In this document: piece after piece, positions 19,809-30,815 of the stretch
Layout of the letters: each line of letters starts with the position of its first letter
How positions within the stretch are numbered: the stretch's first letter is position 1
NCBI GenBank assembly: GCA_050298055.1
Contig: JBNKTL010000002.1
Coordinates: 115,940 to 179,939 of the forward strand
Length of the DNA stretch: 64,000 bases
Source: Spirochaetota bacterium
Lineage (GTDB): Bacteria > Spirochaetota > UBA4802 > UBA5550
Reading direction: 5' to 3'
Notes under the pieces: model-generated
Databases searched by the model: none
Seen by the model: only the letters and a program-made list of their open reading frames with translations
Told to the model about the DNA's origin: nothing
Position numbers and translations under genes: made by a program

Positions 19809-20696
19809 TTAGAAGAGAATACCCGCATCGATTCCTGTTATATAACAGGTTTTCTCAGGATTGTAAGCACCATACAGACCGGCAAAGCTGCTTCCTGTAA
19901 AAAAATACCGCAAACCTGCCGCAAGGTAAAAGCTCCCTCCCCCGCAGGGGATATGTTCCGGAAGGTTCCCGTTAAATCCATAATAATAATGCAGAGAAAT
20001 AAAGGGAATCAGTGGATAAAGTCTATCTGAGTTTATACCGACAGATGTACGAATATAATCATTCTTCAGTTTTTCTTTATAAAAAAATGCATCCTTCTCG
20101 GCATAGTTGAAACCAAGGGCTTTTTTATATGATGATTTATCTGATATATTAAGACCAAACCCGTCATAAAAACCTTCCCCTTCCCCCTGGCTGAAAATAT
20201 AGAAGAGGTTCAGGTGAATATAAAGGGATGAGCAGAGATCTATCTGAAATACAGGCCCAAGTGTCAGCTCATTGTTGCCGAAGCTGACTCCTCTCCATTC
20301 GGGGACAGAGTAGGAATCCTTACCTGTAGGCATCCTGAAATCCATAAAAAAAACAGCGTGCATCTTTTCCCGAAAATAATCACCTGCCGGGAATTTCAGC
20401 GTTAAGCGGGAATCTCCGATCTCACTTCTCCCACTGTGGAAATCCCCTCTGTGCAGGTACGATGAAGAAAACCAGAGGGATATCCCCTGCAGCACTGCAA
20501 ATCCCATACGAAATCCATCTATCCTGCAGGTTTCATCCAGGGAGTGGTACTCCTCTTTCAGGGAAAAATCAAATTCGTTTTCAGGTATTGTATAAATTGT
20601 TTCCAGATAGGGAAATGCCCGGGCATTTGATGCGGAAAAAATCCAAAAAAGCGCCATAATAATGACGCTTTTCATCGATGATCCGGTCCTTCTCAT
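19809..20696 (-). CDS. Exported hypothetical protein, possible outer-membrane beta-barrel
   Basis: Signal peptide ending ARA, aromatic-rich alternating strands, C-terminal Phe (GIDAGILF). Confidence 0.6.
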   Translation of the reverse strand: MRRTGSSMKSVIIMALFWIFSASNARAFPYLETIYTIPENEFDFSLKEEYHSLDETCRIDGFRMGFAVLQGISLWFSSSYLHRGDFHSGRSEIGDSRLTLKFPAGDYFREKMHAVFFMDFRMPTGKDSYSVPEWRGVSFGNNELTLGPVFQIDLCSSLYIHLNLFYIFSQGEGEGFYDGFGLNISDKSSYKKALGFNYAEKDAFFYKEKLKNDYIRTSVGINSDRLYPLIPFISLHYYYGFNGNLPEHIPCGGGSFYLAAGLRYFFTGSSFAGLYGAYNPEKTCYITGIDAGILF

Positions 20697-20714
20697 TACC
20701 TGGATTATTATTGA

Positions 20715-21068
20715 TCAGGCACTCTCTTTGACTTTATCTACAATTTTGCTGAAGGCATTAAGGTCCCTCACTGCAAGTTCTGCAAGCATTTTCCTGTTGA
20801 TCTCAATATTTGACTTGCCAAGACCTGAAATCAGCCTGCTGTAGGATATATCACACAGCCTTGCCGCTGCATTGATCCTGGTGATCCAGAGTGATCTGAA
20901 ATCTCTCTTCTTCCTCTTTCTGTCTTTATAGGAGTTTTCAAGGGCCCTTCTTCTGGCATCCTTGGCTGTTCTGAACAGCTTGCTCCTTGCACCAATATAT
21001 CCTTTGGCATCCTTTAATATCTTCTTGCTTCTTTTGTGATGCACCCTTCCGGTTGTTGCTCTCGCCAT
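20715..21068 (-). CDS. rplT: 50S ribosomal protein L20
   Basis: AKGYIGARS...DRKRKKRDFRSLWITRINAAAR. Confidence 0.99.
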   Translation of the reverse strand: MARATTGRVHHKRSKKILKDAKGYIGARSKLFRTAKDARRRALENSYKDRKRKKRDFRSLWITRINAAARLCDISYSRLISGLGKSNIEINRKMLAELAVRDLNAFSKIVDKVKESA

Positions 21069-21143
21069 TTTATATCCTCTCGATTATATCTCAGTAATTG
21101 TTCTTCGATTACTCTAAATTTCTGTTATCATGTCCAGAAAGAA

Positions 21144-21341
21144 TCACGCATAAGGCATCATTCTTTTGACCTTCTTCTTTTCGGCTTCACTGGTTACTTC
21201 TATGCCCCTGAGGTTTCTCTTCCTCTTTGGTGATTTTTTTTCCAAAAGGTGGCTTTTAAAACCGTTAGCCTTTATGACTTTTCCGTTTTTTGTGATCTTG
21301 AACCTCTTCTTGGCTCCACTGTTTGTTTTCATCTTTGGCAT
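21144..21341 (-). CDS. rpmI: 50S ribosomal protein L35
   Basis: [17 protein letters not shown]...[15 protein letters not shown]. Confidence 0.99.
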   Translation of the reverse strand: MPKMKTNSGAKKRFKITKNGKVIKANGFKSHLLEKKSPKRKRNLRGIEVTSEAEKKKVKRMMPYA

Positions 21342-21361
21342 TGTAGACCTCTTTCTTCCTG

Positions 21362-21919
21362 TTAATTGCTCTTCTTTTTGCCTGCCGACTTCATCGACAT
21401 GAACATTGTAATATTTCGTCCCTCTTTTACCGGGTTCTTCTCTATAACAGCTATATCTTCCAGATTCTCCCGGATCTTTTCCATCACATTAAATCCCAGT
21501 TCAGGATGCGCCATCTCTCTTCCCCTGAACATCAGGGTAAACTTGACCTTATCTCCTTTCATGAGAAATTCCCTGGCATGTTTTACCTTGTGATCGAAAT
21601 CGTGGTCGTTTATTGCAGGTCTCATTTTTATCTCTTTTACATGAATGACTTTCTGCTTCTTTTTCGCAGCCTTGGCCTGCTTTATCTGTTCAAACTTGAA
21701 CTTGGTATAATCAATGATCTTTACAACAGGCGGGTCCTGGTTTGGAGAGATTTCAACAAGGTCAAGCCCCTTCTCATTGGCCAGTTCCAGCGCTTTATCT
21801 CGAGATATCACTGCTGCGCCATCATCTTCACCAACCAGCCTTACCTCCCGGGCAACAATCTGGTCATTTATCCTGTATTTTTCTTCTTTACTTGGAGGAG
21901 TTCGATATCCTTTCCTCAT
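21362..21919 (-). CDS. infC: Translation initiation factor IF-3
   Basis: RINDQI...[20 protein letters not shown]...KEIKMRP...[17 protein letters not shown] start immediately preceded by an in-frame TAG. Confidence 0.98.
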   Translation of the reverse strand: MRKGYRTPPSKEEKYRINDQIVAREVRLVGEDDGAAVISRDKALELANEKGLDLVEISPNQDPPVVKIIDYTKFKFEQIKQAKAAKKKQKVIHVKEIKMRPAINDHDFDHKVKHAREFLMKGDKVKFTLMFRGREMAHPELGFNVMEKIRENLEDIAVIEKNPVKEGRNITMFMSMKSAGKKKSN

Positions 21920-21960
21920 CTAATTACGAGTACCCCCGATTATTAATAGTTTATGGTAAT

Positions 21961-22075
21961 GCAATTATTTAGCTATAGAGTACTTAGCTGTATGGCTAAA
22001 ATATACGTATTTAATAAAATAACAGCAATGTGTTTCGCCGCCGAAGGCGGTGGGGACACATCAGTTATCTTTATT
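21961..22075 (+). repeat. Dispersed TIR/hairpin element copy (thrS-infC spacer)
   Basis: TACTTAGCTGTATGGCTAAAAT...TGTGTTTCGCCGCC-GAA-GGCGGTGGGGACACA-TCAGTTATCTT aligns with the 29280 and 60093 copies; right end not recognisable. Confidence 0.7.
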
Positions 22076-22256
22076 TATTAACATATCTATTTAATTTACT
22101 ATTAAATCCTTAAATATTAATTTAATATTCAATCTAAAATGTAACATCCTTTAAAATCAACAAAATTTCAGATTATTATAGTTTTTTTTACTGTTCAGCT
22201 ATTCAAGGTAAATAAAATTCATATTATTAAAGTAGCAAAGGAATTGAAAAAATCTA

Positions 22257-24185
22257 TTAAACATCCGCTTCCCTGCTTTCAGTCTTTTCCCGGATTAACT
22301 TGATAAAGTCATCAATTTTCATGTCAACAGGTTTATTCTCACCCCTCTTCCGCACGGAGATCATCTTTCCTTTAAGTTCCTTCTCTCCTATAACGCCTAT
22401 ATAGGGAACTTTCTTTTCAATTATGTCCCTGACCCTGTAGCTTACAGATTCGTTCCGGGTATCGGTTTCTACTCTCATGCCGGTTTTCAGGAGCTTCTCC
22501 CTGAGCTCATCCACATAAGCAGTTTGTTCCTCTGAGATGGAGACAAGGACAACTTGTACCGGGGCGAGCCAGACAGGGAACCTGCCGCTGTAATGCTCTA
22601 TAAGTATTCCGATAAACCTCTCTAATGACCCCAGCAGGGCCCTGTGGATCATAATCGGCCTGTGCTTCTGCCCGTCCGAACCCACATAGTTTATATCAAA
22701 ACGTTCGGGCAGGTTGAAGTCCACCTGTATTGTACTGCACTGCCACTCCCTTCCAATAGCATCTTTTATCTTAATATCAATTTTGGGACCGTAGAAGACA
22801 CCCTCCCCGGGATCGACTTTATAATCTATTTTCAGTTTCTCAAGTGATTTCCTGAGGCTCTCCGTTGCGATCTCCCAGTTTCTGTCCGATCCAACTGATT
22901 TTTCAGGCCGGGTGGAGAGATAGACATTCATCTCATTGAACCCGAAAATGTTGAGCATTTCAAGTGTGAATTTCAAAACACCCTCTATCTCGTCCTGCAC
23001 CTGGTCTTCCCGGCAAAAGATATGGGCATCATCCTGTGTAAATCCCCTCACACGGGTAAGTCCGTGAAGAACACCCGATCTCTCGTACCTGTAGACGGTT
23101 CCCATTTCAAACCCCCTGAAGGGGAGGTCGCGGTAGCTCTTAAGAGAGCTGGTAAAAATCTTTATCTGGGACGGGCAGTTCATGGGCTTGAGAATATAGT
23201 CCTGGCCATCTATCTGGATAGGAGAGTACATGTTCTCGCTGTAGAAATCCAGGTGGCCCGAAGTCTTGTAGAGATCCGCTTTTGCTATATGAGGTACGGT
23301 AAAAAGACTGTATCCTCTCTTGAGGTGCTCCGAGGTTGTAAACTTGTCAATGATAAACCTGAGCAGAGCGCCGTTTGGGTGCCAGAGGGGAAGCCCTGCT
23401 CCTACCTCGTTATCAAAGGAAAAAAACTCAAGCTCCCTCCCAAGTTTCCTGTGATCCCGCTTCTTTGCCTCTTCCAGCATATTAAGGTGCTTTTTAAGTG
23501 CCTTTTTATCGGGAAATGCCGTACCATAGACTCTCTGGAGCATCTTGTTCTTCTCGTCACCGCGCCAGTAAGCTCCCGCTACAGAGAGAAGCTTGAATGA
23601 CTTGAGCTTCGAAGTCGATATCACATGGGGCCCCCTGCAGAGGTCCAGAAATTCACCCTGTCTGTAGACTGTAATATTTTCGTTTTCCAGATCATTTATG
23701 AGCTCAATCTTATAACTCTCTCCCATCTCACCGAACATCTCCAGGGCTTTCTCCCGGGAAAGTTCTTCCCTTTCAATTTTTATATCACTGTCAACGATCT
23801 TCTGCATCTCCTCTTCGATCTTTTCCATATCATCCTCTGTGAGAGAATCCGCAAGATCAAAGTCGTAGTAATAGCCATTTTCAATTGACGGCCCTATGGC
23901 AAGTTTTGTCCCCGGGTAGAGCCTCTTCACCGCCTGTGCCATGAGGTGTGATGCAGAATGCCAGAAGATATCCCTCCCCTCTGCCGAATCAAAGGTAATG
24001 ACTTCAAGTTCTGCATCAGCATCAACATGATATGTGAGATCAACCATGTTGCCGTCTATTCTTGCCGCGACTGCAGCAGTCTGCAGGCCCTTGCCGATGG
24101 TACCTATGATATCATAAACAGAACGGCCCTTCTCAGCATCAATGACCGATGAATCGGGCAGTGTAATTTTAATCTCCTTGCTCAA
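22257..24185 (-). CDS. thrS: Threonine--tRNA ligase
   Basis: TGS domain, HSASHLMAQAV, DLCRGPHV, KPMNCP, FYGPKID, IHRALLGSLERF; TTG at 24185 with a GGAG SD preferred. Confidence 0.98.
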   Translation of the reverse strand: MSKEIKITLPDSSVIDAEKGRSVYDIIGTIGKGLQTAAVAARIDGNMVDLTYHVDADAELEVITFDSAEGRDIFWHSASHLMAQAVKRLYPGTKLAIGPSIENGYYYDFDLADSLTEDDMEKIEEEMQKIVDSDIKIEREELSREKALEMFGEMGESYKIELINDLENENITVYRQGEFLDLCRGPHVISTSKLKSFKLLSVAGAYWRGDEKNKMLQRVYGTAFPDKKALKKHLNMLEEAKKRDHRKLGRELEFFSFDNEVGAGLPLWHPNGALLRFIIDKFTTSEHLKRGYSLFTVPHIAKADLYKTSGHLDFYSENMYSPIQIDGQDYILKPMNCPSQIKIFTSSLKSYRDLPFRGFEMGTVYRYERSGVLHGLTRVRGFTQDDAHIFCREDQVQDEIEGVLKFTLEMLNIFGFNEMNVYLSTRPEKSVGSDRNWEIATESLRKSLEKLKIDYKVDPGEGVFYGPKIDIKIKDAIGREWQCSTIQVDFNLPERFDINYVGSDGQKHRPIMIHRALLGSLERFIGILIEHYSGRFPVWLAPVQVVLVSISEEQTAYVDELREKLLKTGMRVETDTRNESVSYRVRDIIEKKVPYIGVIGEKELKGKMISVRKRGENKPVDMKIDDFIKLIREKTESREADV

Positions 24186-24268
24186 CCAGATACTCCGTAA
24201 TTCAGCATGTTTTGAAATGTGTGCAGTGAGAACAGGCTTGTTCAAAGGACATTCTTCACTGGATAATG

Positions 24269-24342
24269 TGAGCGATATTGGAGTTGAACCAACGACCTCC
24301 TGCGTGTCGGGCAGGCGCTCTAACCAACTGAGCTAATCGCTC
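24269..24342 (-). tRNA. tRNA-Val(GAC)
   Basis: GAGCGAT/ATCGCTC acceptor stem, D arm GCTC/GAGC, anticodon stem CCTGC/GCAGG with loop CCGACAC, T arm GTTGG-TTCAACT-CCAAT; CCA not encoded. Confidence 0.95.
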
Positions 24343-24757
24343 AAACACTTGATTTACCCGATAAAGGTACATACCCGTCTCATAATAAATCATTTAACAG
24401 ATAATTTTCTGGTGTTTATGTTGTCAACTATTTTAATGAAAAACACCTCTATTCGGCATTGGAAAGCATTAATAATTCTTACATCCGGATAAGACTTTGT
24501 CCTACAAAAAAAAACTACTGCCTCCTACAGCTGTTTTCATTTTTTTACTTTCCCTGGACACAAATTTAATATATTAATTTAACATGTTAAATAAAATATT
24601 TTTAATAAAAATAATAAAAATTAAATATGCTAATTCAATGATTTATTAGTTTATTAAATTTTAAATATTTTCAAGGAGAAGTAATAAGAGAAAGCAGTTC
24701 AACCGTCAGAGAAGGTAAGAGGGGAAAAATGAAAATTAAATCCCTGGAGGTACCAAA

Positions 24758-24976
24758 ATGGCAAGACTTGCTAAAAAGAGCTATTACAAAGAAGACTCAG
24801 GATTTCAGCCTGAACTAATGTTTAAAAAGACCCGGTCACTCTATAATTATGAAGAGTATGATCTCATCGATATTGATAAGATTGTTCGCTATTATATTCA
24901 AAACCAGAGAGATAAAAAAACCGCTCTCTGTAATGTAGCCACTATTGTAAACAACATCATAGACAGTGCAAATTAA
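24758..24976 (+). CDS. Small hypothetical protein (72 aa)
   Basis: Strong SD GGAGGT 6 nt before the ATG; AT-rich upstream region; terminator downstream. Confidence 0.7.
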   Translation: MARLAKKSYYKEDSGFQPELMFKKTRSLYNYEEYDLIDIDKIVRYYIQNQRDKKTALCNVATIVNNIIDSAN

Positions 24977-25085
24977 TTATCATTTTTCCGTTAAGCGAAA
25001 GGGGCAGCAAAGTTATAATAATTAATATAAATCTATTTCCCAAGTTAAAAAAAACCTGAACCCTCACGCTATTATAACAGATAAG

Positions 25086-25119
25086 AAACAGGACCGACAG
25101 CAAGCGGTCCTGTTTTTTT
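25086..25119 (+). terminator. Intrinsic terminator
   Basis: AAACAGGACCG/CGGTCCTGTTT stem followed by a T run. Confidence 0.8.
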
Positions 25120-25248
25120 GCTTAAGAACTTTTTCCTCTCCCGAATATTGATTTCTCCCAACAGGGAGAAGGGATCCACTCTCTTCATAATTTTTTCACT
25201 GAGAAAAATATGGTTGCCAAATCAGCCGGGAAGAGAAAAAAATAGAGA

Positions 25249-26685
25249 ATGAAGTTTTTAAAGGACATTTTTCTCATAAGACGCCAGGAAGGTTATCCGG
25301 AAACTTTTACCGAAGAACTGAACTATCAATGCACCCGTGTGATAATACCCCTTTCTCTTATTGCTGCAGTGGCCTGGCTTCCATACATACCTCTTGATAT
25401 CGCGTTGAACCCTCATCTTCCCCTGATAGTTGTTTTGCGGTTTGGCCTGACCGGGGTAGCAACTTTAATATTAATATTTCTCATTTTCCCTCGATATCGA
25501 AAAAAAGGGTTACTTTTACTGTCCATCTTAGGGATCTATACGGAGATTTCAACTGCTGTAATTACCGCCCTCTCCAACGGGGCATCTCATTATATCGGGG
25601 GGTTTCTTTTCATTTTGATGCTTATTCCTCTTGTCCCCTATCCGCGAATTGCTCAATTTACACTACTGGTTTTATCGGTAACAACTTTTTTCATTGTCGG
25701 ATTTACTCAGGGTATGACCTTTTCCGGTTACCGGCATCTCTATTCACTGAATGATATATTTGCAACGACCACTGTTGCTGCATTTTTAATATACTTTCTT
25801 CATAAGATCCGATTTGGAAGCTGGGAAAAATCAAAACATATTGAATCACAGAGAATGGATCTCCAAATAATCAATGAGGAACTTAATAAGAAAAACCTGA
25901 AAATTGAGAAACAGCAACAGGAGATAAAACAGAGAAACCACTTACTTGAAACTGAACTGGAAATGGCCAGGCAGATTCAAAAACTCATGATACCTTCAGA
26001 GAGAGTGAGTAAAAATGTTTGCACCCTCTACAAACCTATGGATCTCTTGGGAGGAGATTTCTTTGATCTCATTCAGTTTGGGAATTCCGATAATATAGGA
26101 ATTTTTATAAGTGATGTATCAGGTCATGGAGTTGCAGCGGCATTTATCACAGCAATGATGAAGAGTCTCATTCGCAATACAAGTACACGCAATTCCGATC
26201 CTGCACGGCTTCTTCATTTTATGAACGATGCACTTATAGATATTTCGGGAGACAATTTCATTACCGCATTTTATGGAATTTACGATTCCAACACCAGAAC
26301 ATTAACATACGCCAGCGCCGGCCATATCCCCCCCTATATCTTAATAGATGAGAAAATACAAACAATAAAAGGGAAAAGCGGCCCTCCCCTGGCTTTTCTG
26401 AAAAACAGTGAATTAGAAAAAAAGGGAAAATCCTATGGAAATAATATAATGCCTATTGTAAGAAATGCACGGCTGTTCTTTTACACTGACGGACTGACCG
26501 AAACAACAGCCGGGAAAGAATCGAACTTTATGTTTGGTGAAGAACGCCTTGAACAGGAGATCATCAATTCACACCATCTTGCACCTGATGATTTCCTGAA
26601 CACTTTGTACAGGAGACTCGCTGAATTCAGAGGAAGTGATCGTTTCGATGATGATATCTCTCTCATCTGTTTTGATATCAATTAA
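25249..26685 (+). CDS. Membrane SpoIIE/RsbU-type PP2C phosphatase
   Basis: About 6 TM helices, coiled coil, then GGDFFD, ISDVSGHGVAAA, YTDGLTE, DDDISL. Confidence 0.92.
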   Translation: MKFLKDIFLIRRQEGYPETFTEELNYQCTRVIIPLSLIAAVAWLPYIPLDIALNPHLPLIVVLRFGLTGVATLILIFLIFPRYRKKGLLLLSILGIYTEISTAVITALSNGASHYIGGFLFILMLIPLVPYPRIAQFTLLVLSVTTFFIVGFTQGMTFSGYRHLYSLNDIFATTTVAAFLIYFLHKIRFGSWEKSKHIESQRMDLQIINEELNKKNLKIEKQQQEIKQRNHLLETELEMARQIQKLMIPSERVSKNVCTLYKPMDLLGGDFFDLIQFGNSDNIGIFISDVSGHGVAAAFITAMMKSLIRNTSTRNSDPARLLHFMNDALIDISGDNFITAFYGIYDSNTRTLTYASAGHIPPYILIDEKIQTIKGKSGPPLAFLKNSELEKKGKSYGNNIMPIVRNARLFFYTDGLTETTAGKESNFMFGEERLEQEIINSHHLAPDDFLNTLYRRLAEFRGSDRFDDDISLICFDIN

Positions 26686-26790
26686 TAATGCTCTGCCCGC
26701 AACCTTCCTCCCCTTCCGGGATTAAAACTTTTTACAGGGATCCCGGTTACAGACATGAATGTCACCGGGACCCGTTTATTCCGCAGATTT

Positions 26791-28806
26791 TTACTCCTTA
26801 TTCCCGTTCTCTGACACCGATTTATCAGCGGTAATTTTTATCTTATCGCTGCTGCTCACTGTAAAAAATTCCATTATCTCCTGGAGCTGAACGGCATTGG
26901 AGCTGAGCATTTCAGATGTTGCTGCAAGCTCCTCTGATGATGACGCATTCTGCTGCGTTACCTGGTTGAGCTGATCCATCCCTCTGTTTATCTGGTCAAT
27001 CCCTGCTGCCTGCTGTTCTGAAGCAAGTGCAATCTCCTCAACAAGATCGGATGTTTCCTGTATGTTCGGGACTATTTCATCAAGGAGCTCTCCCGCTGAA
27101 TTTGCCAGTGCAACACTGTTTTTTGCAAGCTCGCCAATCTCCTGGGATGCGACCTGGCTTCTTTCGGCAAGTTTCCTGACTTCTCCGGCCACAACGGCAA
27201 ATCCTTTCCCATGCTCACCTGCCCGGGCCGCTTCAATTGCCGCATTCAGCGCGAGAAGGTTTGTCTGGTAGGCCACATCATCTATCAGGTTGATCTTTTC
27301 CGCTATATCATTCATTGCGTTTACTGTTTCCTTGACCGCTTTTCCTCCATTCCCGGCGTTTATGGCGGCACGTTTTGCCACTTCACTTGTCCGTTTGGCA
27401 TTTCCCGTATTCTGTGTAACAGTAGCACCTATCTCCTCCAGAGATGACGCTATCTCCTCCACATTCGAAGCCTGCTCGTTAGAACCCTGGCTCATACCCT
27501 GTGAGGACGAACTCATCTCTTCGGAGGCTGACGCAATTGCATTTGAACTCCGGATTACCGTCTCAACAATATTACCCAGCGCTCCTATCATTTCATTATT
27601 AAGCCTGATCATCTCTCCTATTTCATCACCCGATTTAACGGCAATACTCCTGGTGAGATCCCCGTTGGCAACCGCCCCAACAAGGTCCCTCAGGGACTTA
27701 ATCGGATTAACAATTGTCCTGTTGATGAACAGCATGAACACAATTATTGAAACAATCAGCACAAATAATCCCGCTCCCACTATTTTGTTCCTGGTACTGA
27801 TAACCGGCTCTTCCACCTCTGCCAGGTCAATTTCAGAGAGTATTGCCCATGTCACACCGTTAATTTTCAGGGGCTGAAAAGAAGAGAGTACGGGATTACC
27901 GTTGTAATCGATAATGATTTTTGTATCTTTCTCACCTTTAAGGGCCCTCCTTACCGCTTCCGTATCAGCCTTGCCTTTGTCGGGATTCATGAATGATGCA
28001 AGCACCGAATGGTTTTTCGGATCCAGGTAAGAATCAGACCTCATGAGGAGGTCTCCCCCGACAAGGTATGACTCGCCGGTTCTCCCCATGCCTGTTCTCT
28101 CTTCCATAATAGTGTTTATGGCGTCTAATGAAACCTGAAAAGCCAGCACACCGATAATCCTGCCATTTTCCTTAACAGGTGTTGCAATAAATTGTGCCGG
28201 GGCATCGTTAGAAGGAGCATAGGGCCTGGTGTCTGAAATAGCAGTCTCACCTTTAAGGGCTTTCTTCCAGACAGTTTGAAGTGACGATTCAACTTTTGAG
28301 ACCCTTGATGCAAAATCAGCTTCTTTTGCTATGGTAAATATTACATCACCGGTACCCGGTTGAATGAGAAATATATCGTAATATCCATACTCGGTCAGAT
28401 AGTGCTTGAATACGGGAAAGTACCTGTCATGAACCTTCTTATAGCTTTCAGGCGCCCTGAACACCTCCTTTGTAAACCCTTTGAATTGACCGCCCAGTGA
28501 ACCGCCCGCATTATTATAGGGCCTCATTAAATCATAGTACGCCTTTTTGGTATACGGGCTGTTTGCAAGAACCTTCGCGTCTCCGATTCTCTCTTTAAAG
28601 AACCTCTCGATCTCTACCTTCTTGATCGTATTCACAGCTTTAAGCTGCTGAAATGCATCCTCCTCCAGCGCATTCTTTGCTGAAGTAATGGATATCAGTG
28701 AAACCGTAAAGACTGCGATAAAAATTGTGGTTACTGCAAGAAGTGCTATCTTTATCCTGATCGATAGACTCCTGCGATCTTTTTTTTGTCCTTCCATAAT
28801 CAACAC
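26791..28806 (-). CDS. Methyl-accepting chemotaxis protein (Cache-like sensor, HAMP)
   Basis: Two TM helices, HAMP (GDLT...DEIG), signalling hairpin [37 protein letters not shown]. Confidence 0.97.
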   Translation of the reverse strand: MLIMEGQKKDRRSLSIRIKIALLAVTTIFIAVFTVSLISITSAKNALEEDAFQQLKAVNTIKKVEIERFFKERIGDAKVLANSPYTKKAYYDLMRPYNNAGGSLGGQFKGFTKEVFRAPESYKKVHDRYFPVFKHYLTEYGYYDIFLIQPGTGDVIFTIAKEADFASRVSKVESSLQTVWKKALKGETAISDTRPYAPSNDAPAQFIATPVKENGRIIGVLAFQVSLDAINTIMEERTGMGRTGESYLVGGDLLMRSDSYLDPKNHSVLASFMNPDKGKADTEAVRRALKGEKDTKIIIDYNGNPVLSSFQPLKINGVTWAILSEIDLAEVEEPVISTRNKIVGAGLFVLIVSIIVFMLFINRTIVNPIKSLRDLVGAVANGDLTRSIAVKSGDEIGEMIRLNNEMIGALGNIVETVIRSSNAIASASEEMSSSSQGMSQGSNEQASNVEEIASSLEEIGATVTQNTGNAKRTSEVAKRAAINAGNGGKAVKETVNAMNDIAEKINLIDDVAYQTNLLALNAAIEAARAGEHGKGFAVVAGEVRKLAERSQVASQEIGELAKNSVALANSAGELLDEIVPNIQETSDLVEEIALASEQQAAGIDQINRGMDQLNQVTQQNASSSEELAATSEMLSSNAVQLQEIMEFFTVSSSDKIKITADKSVSENGNKE

Positions 28807-29279
28807 TCCATCATCCTTTAGTTTTTTATAATATACTAATACATTAAATATTAGTCAAAAATTTATATATTTTATTTACTTCATTTTTTTCAATAAGCAT
28901 TAATGCTTGTACCGGAATATTATCAGAGAAAGCATTGAAGCAATAACAGATTTAAGATACTGCAACAGATCCTCCTCCAATACTTTTTCTGCCGTAATAA
29001 TAGATGTCTGGGAAATGCTGGACCTTTTAAAGAAGTGATTCTCTATGAGGGGATGCCTGCTCATTATTTTGCCCGACAGACTCTTGAAATCTCTTTCATG
29101 TGTTGAAATAATCAAACTTATCTTTCTTCCATATAATTATTAGTAATACTAACAAGATAATGAGAAATTTTGCAATTGTCAAAATATTTGATAAATTATG
29201 CATTTTTTTAATATATTTATATAATATTTTGTTTATGAACAGATTAAGAATTGTTAACAAGATTATTTTAATATTTTTT

Positions 29280-29380
29280 GTGACTAATCAGTTATATGGC
29301 TAAAAAATCTATTTACTAAATATTAACAATATGTCCCGGCGCCAAAAGCGGGGGCATATCAGTTATCTTGTTTTTAAGGG
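29280..29380 (+). repeat. Dispersed TIR/hairpin element copy
   Basis: GTGACTAATCAGTTATATGGCTAAAA...TATGTCCC...GGGGCATA-TCAGTTATCTT. Confidence 0.7.
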
Positions 29381-29488
29381 AAATGACATTGAACTTTATA
29401 TTAAAGATATCATTTTTCTCTGTACAAAACCGGGGGTAAATGTCAACTTACATCATTATAATTATTAAATAAGACAACGGAGATTGTT

Positions 29489-30256
29489 ATGCTTAACCAG
29501 AGAGTTGAAGAGGGTATTCTGTTCTGTGAATTTGACAGGGGAAAGGTCAATACCCTGACCCGTGAAACACTGGAGCTTCTGGACAACGCTGTTGATAAAG
29601 CCAACCGGGAGAGTTCCATCAAGGGAATCATTCTTACCGGCGCCGGGAGAGCATTTTCTGCTGGGTTTGATCTTTCCCTTTTCACCGGGTTCAAAGACCA
29701 TGAGGAAGCAATTTCATTTTTTGAAAAGGAGGAAGAGGTGCTGCAGAACCTCTTTATCTGCAAAAAGCCTGTTGTATCAGCCATAAACGGCCACGCAATT
29801 GCCGGGGGACTCATACTCGCCCTTGCTTCCGATTACAGAATCGCAAAAAATCATCCGAAGATTAAATTAAGCATGAGCGAAATAAAGCTGGGCATCCCCC
29901 TCAGTATTACCATGAGTGAGGTTGTAAGGTTTGGCCTGGACAGCAACAGAGTATACCGGGATGTCATTTACTCAGGTGATATTTTTGATGTTAACAGGGG
30001 TATTGAACTCGGTTTTATTGATGAACTCGCTGACGAGGAGAACCTTCTTCCCCGTGCCGTTGAAATCATTAATAACTGGTCCGGAAATCCGGGCTCTGCA
30101 TTTACCTGGCTCAAGATGAGCCTGAGAGGACCGGTTTATGAAGAGATAAAGAAAAGAATGGCCGACGGCAAATGGAAGGAAGGGCTGAAGGTTTTCTTTG
30201 ATGAGGATGCCAGGAAGGCCATGATCCTTGTTCACTCAATGATGGAGCAGGGATAG
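29489..30256 (+). CDS. Enoyl-CoA hydratase/isomerase family protein
   Basis: FSAGFDL, KPVVSAINGHAIAGG, MSEIKLG. Confidence 0.92.
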   Translation: MLNQRVEEGILFCEFDRGKVNTLTRETLELLDNAVDKANRESSIKGIILTGAGRAFSAGFDLSLFTGFKDHEEAISFFEKEEEVLQNLFICKKPVVSAINGHAIAGGLILALASDYRIAKNHPKIKLSMSEIKLGIPLSITMSEVVRFGLDSNRVYRDVIYSGDIFDVNRGIELGFIDELADEENLLPRAVEIINNWSGNPGSAFTWLKMSLRGPVYEEIKKRMADGKWKEGLKVFFDEDARKAMILVHSMMEQG

Positions 30257-30350
30257 CAGCGCAAAGTAAAAAAAAACTTGACTGTGAGGTAAAAACCTTA
30301 AATGTTAAGCTACCTGTCATTAAAATTTTGCAATAACTGAAAAGGTACCT

Positions 30351-30815
30351 ATGAAGACAATAGAAGGAAAACTTGATGCTACCGGCCTGAAGTTCGGGAT
30401 TGTCGTATCCCGGTTCAATGAATTTATTACCAACAAGCTCCTGGGCGGGGCCCTGGACACCCTTAGAAGAAACAATGCCAGTGATGACAATATTACCGTG
30501 GCATGGGTCCCCGGATCATTCGAAATTCCGGCAGTTGCCAAAAGGCTTGCGGATTCCGGAAACTACGACGCGGTTATCTGCCTGGGTGCAGTCATCAGGG
30601 GAGCAACACCTCATTTTGAATATGTATCCTCTGAAGTAACCAAAGGCGTGGCGGTTCTGAGCCTGAACTCATCAATTCCCGTAATATTCGGGGTTTTGAC
30701 TACAGACACCATAGAACAGGCCATTGAAAGGGCCGGATCGAAATCGGGCAACAAGGGGAGCGATGCGGCATTTTCTGCCATGGAAATGTCATACCTTTAC
30801 AAGCAGATTGAATAA
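30351..30815 (+). CDS. ribH: 6,7-dimethyl-8-ribityllumazine synthase
   Basis: [37 protein letters not shown]. Confidence 0.98.
   Translation: MKTIEGKLDATGLKFGIVVSRFNEFITNKLLGGALDTLRRNNASDDNITVAWVPGSFEIPAVAKRLADSGNYDAVICLGAVIRGATPHFEYVSSEVTKGVAVLSLNSSIPVIFGVLTTDTIEQAIERAGSKSGNKGSDAAFSAMEMSYLYKQIE

Noticed and set aside
24980..25015. GCGAAAGGGGCAGCAAAG resembling a c-di-GMP-I riboswitch
   Set aside because: The required P1/P2 pairing is not evident, and it lies 3' of a gene.
28900..29115. 71-aa minus-strand ORF upstream of the MCP
   Set aside because: TTG start, no clear SD and no motif; may be a remnant but is unsupported.
29251..29260. TTGTTAACAA palindrome, also at 44224-44233
   Set aside because: AT-rich 10-mer with only two occurrences noticed; cannot be distinguished from chance.
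30257..30350. FMN riboswitch before ribH
   Set aside because: The spacer is short and AT-rich and lacks the conserved RFN sequence.
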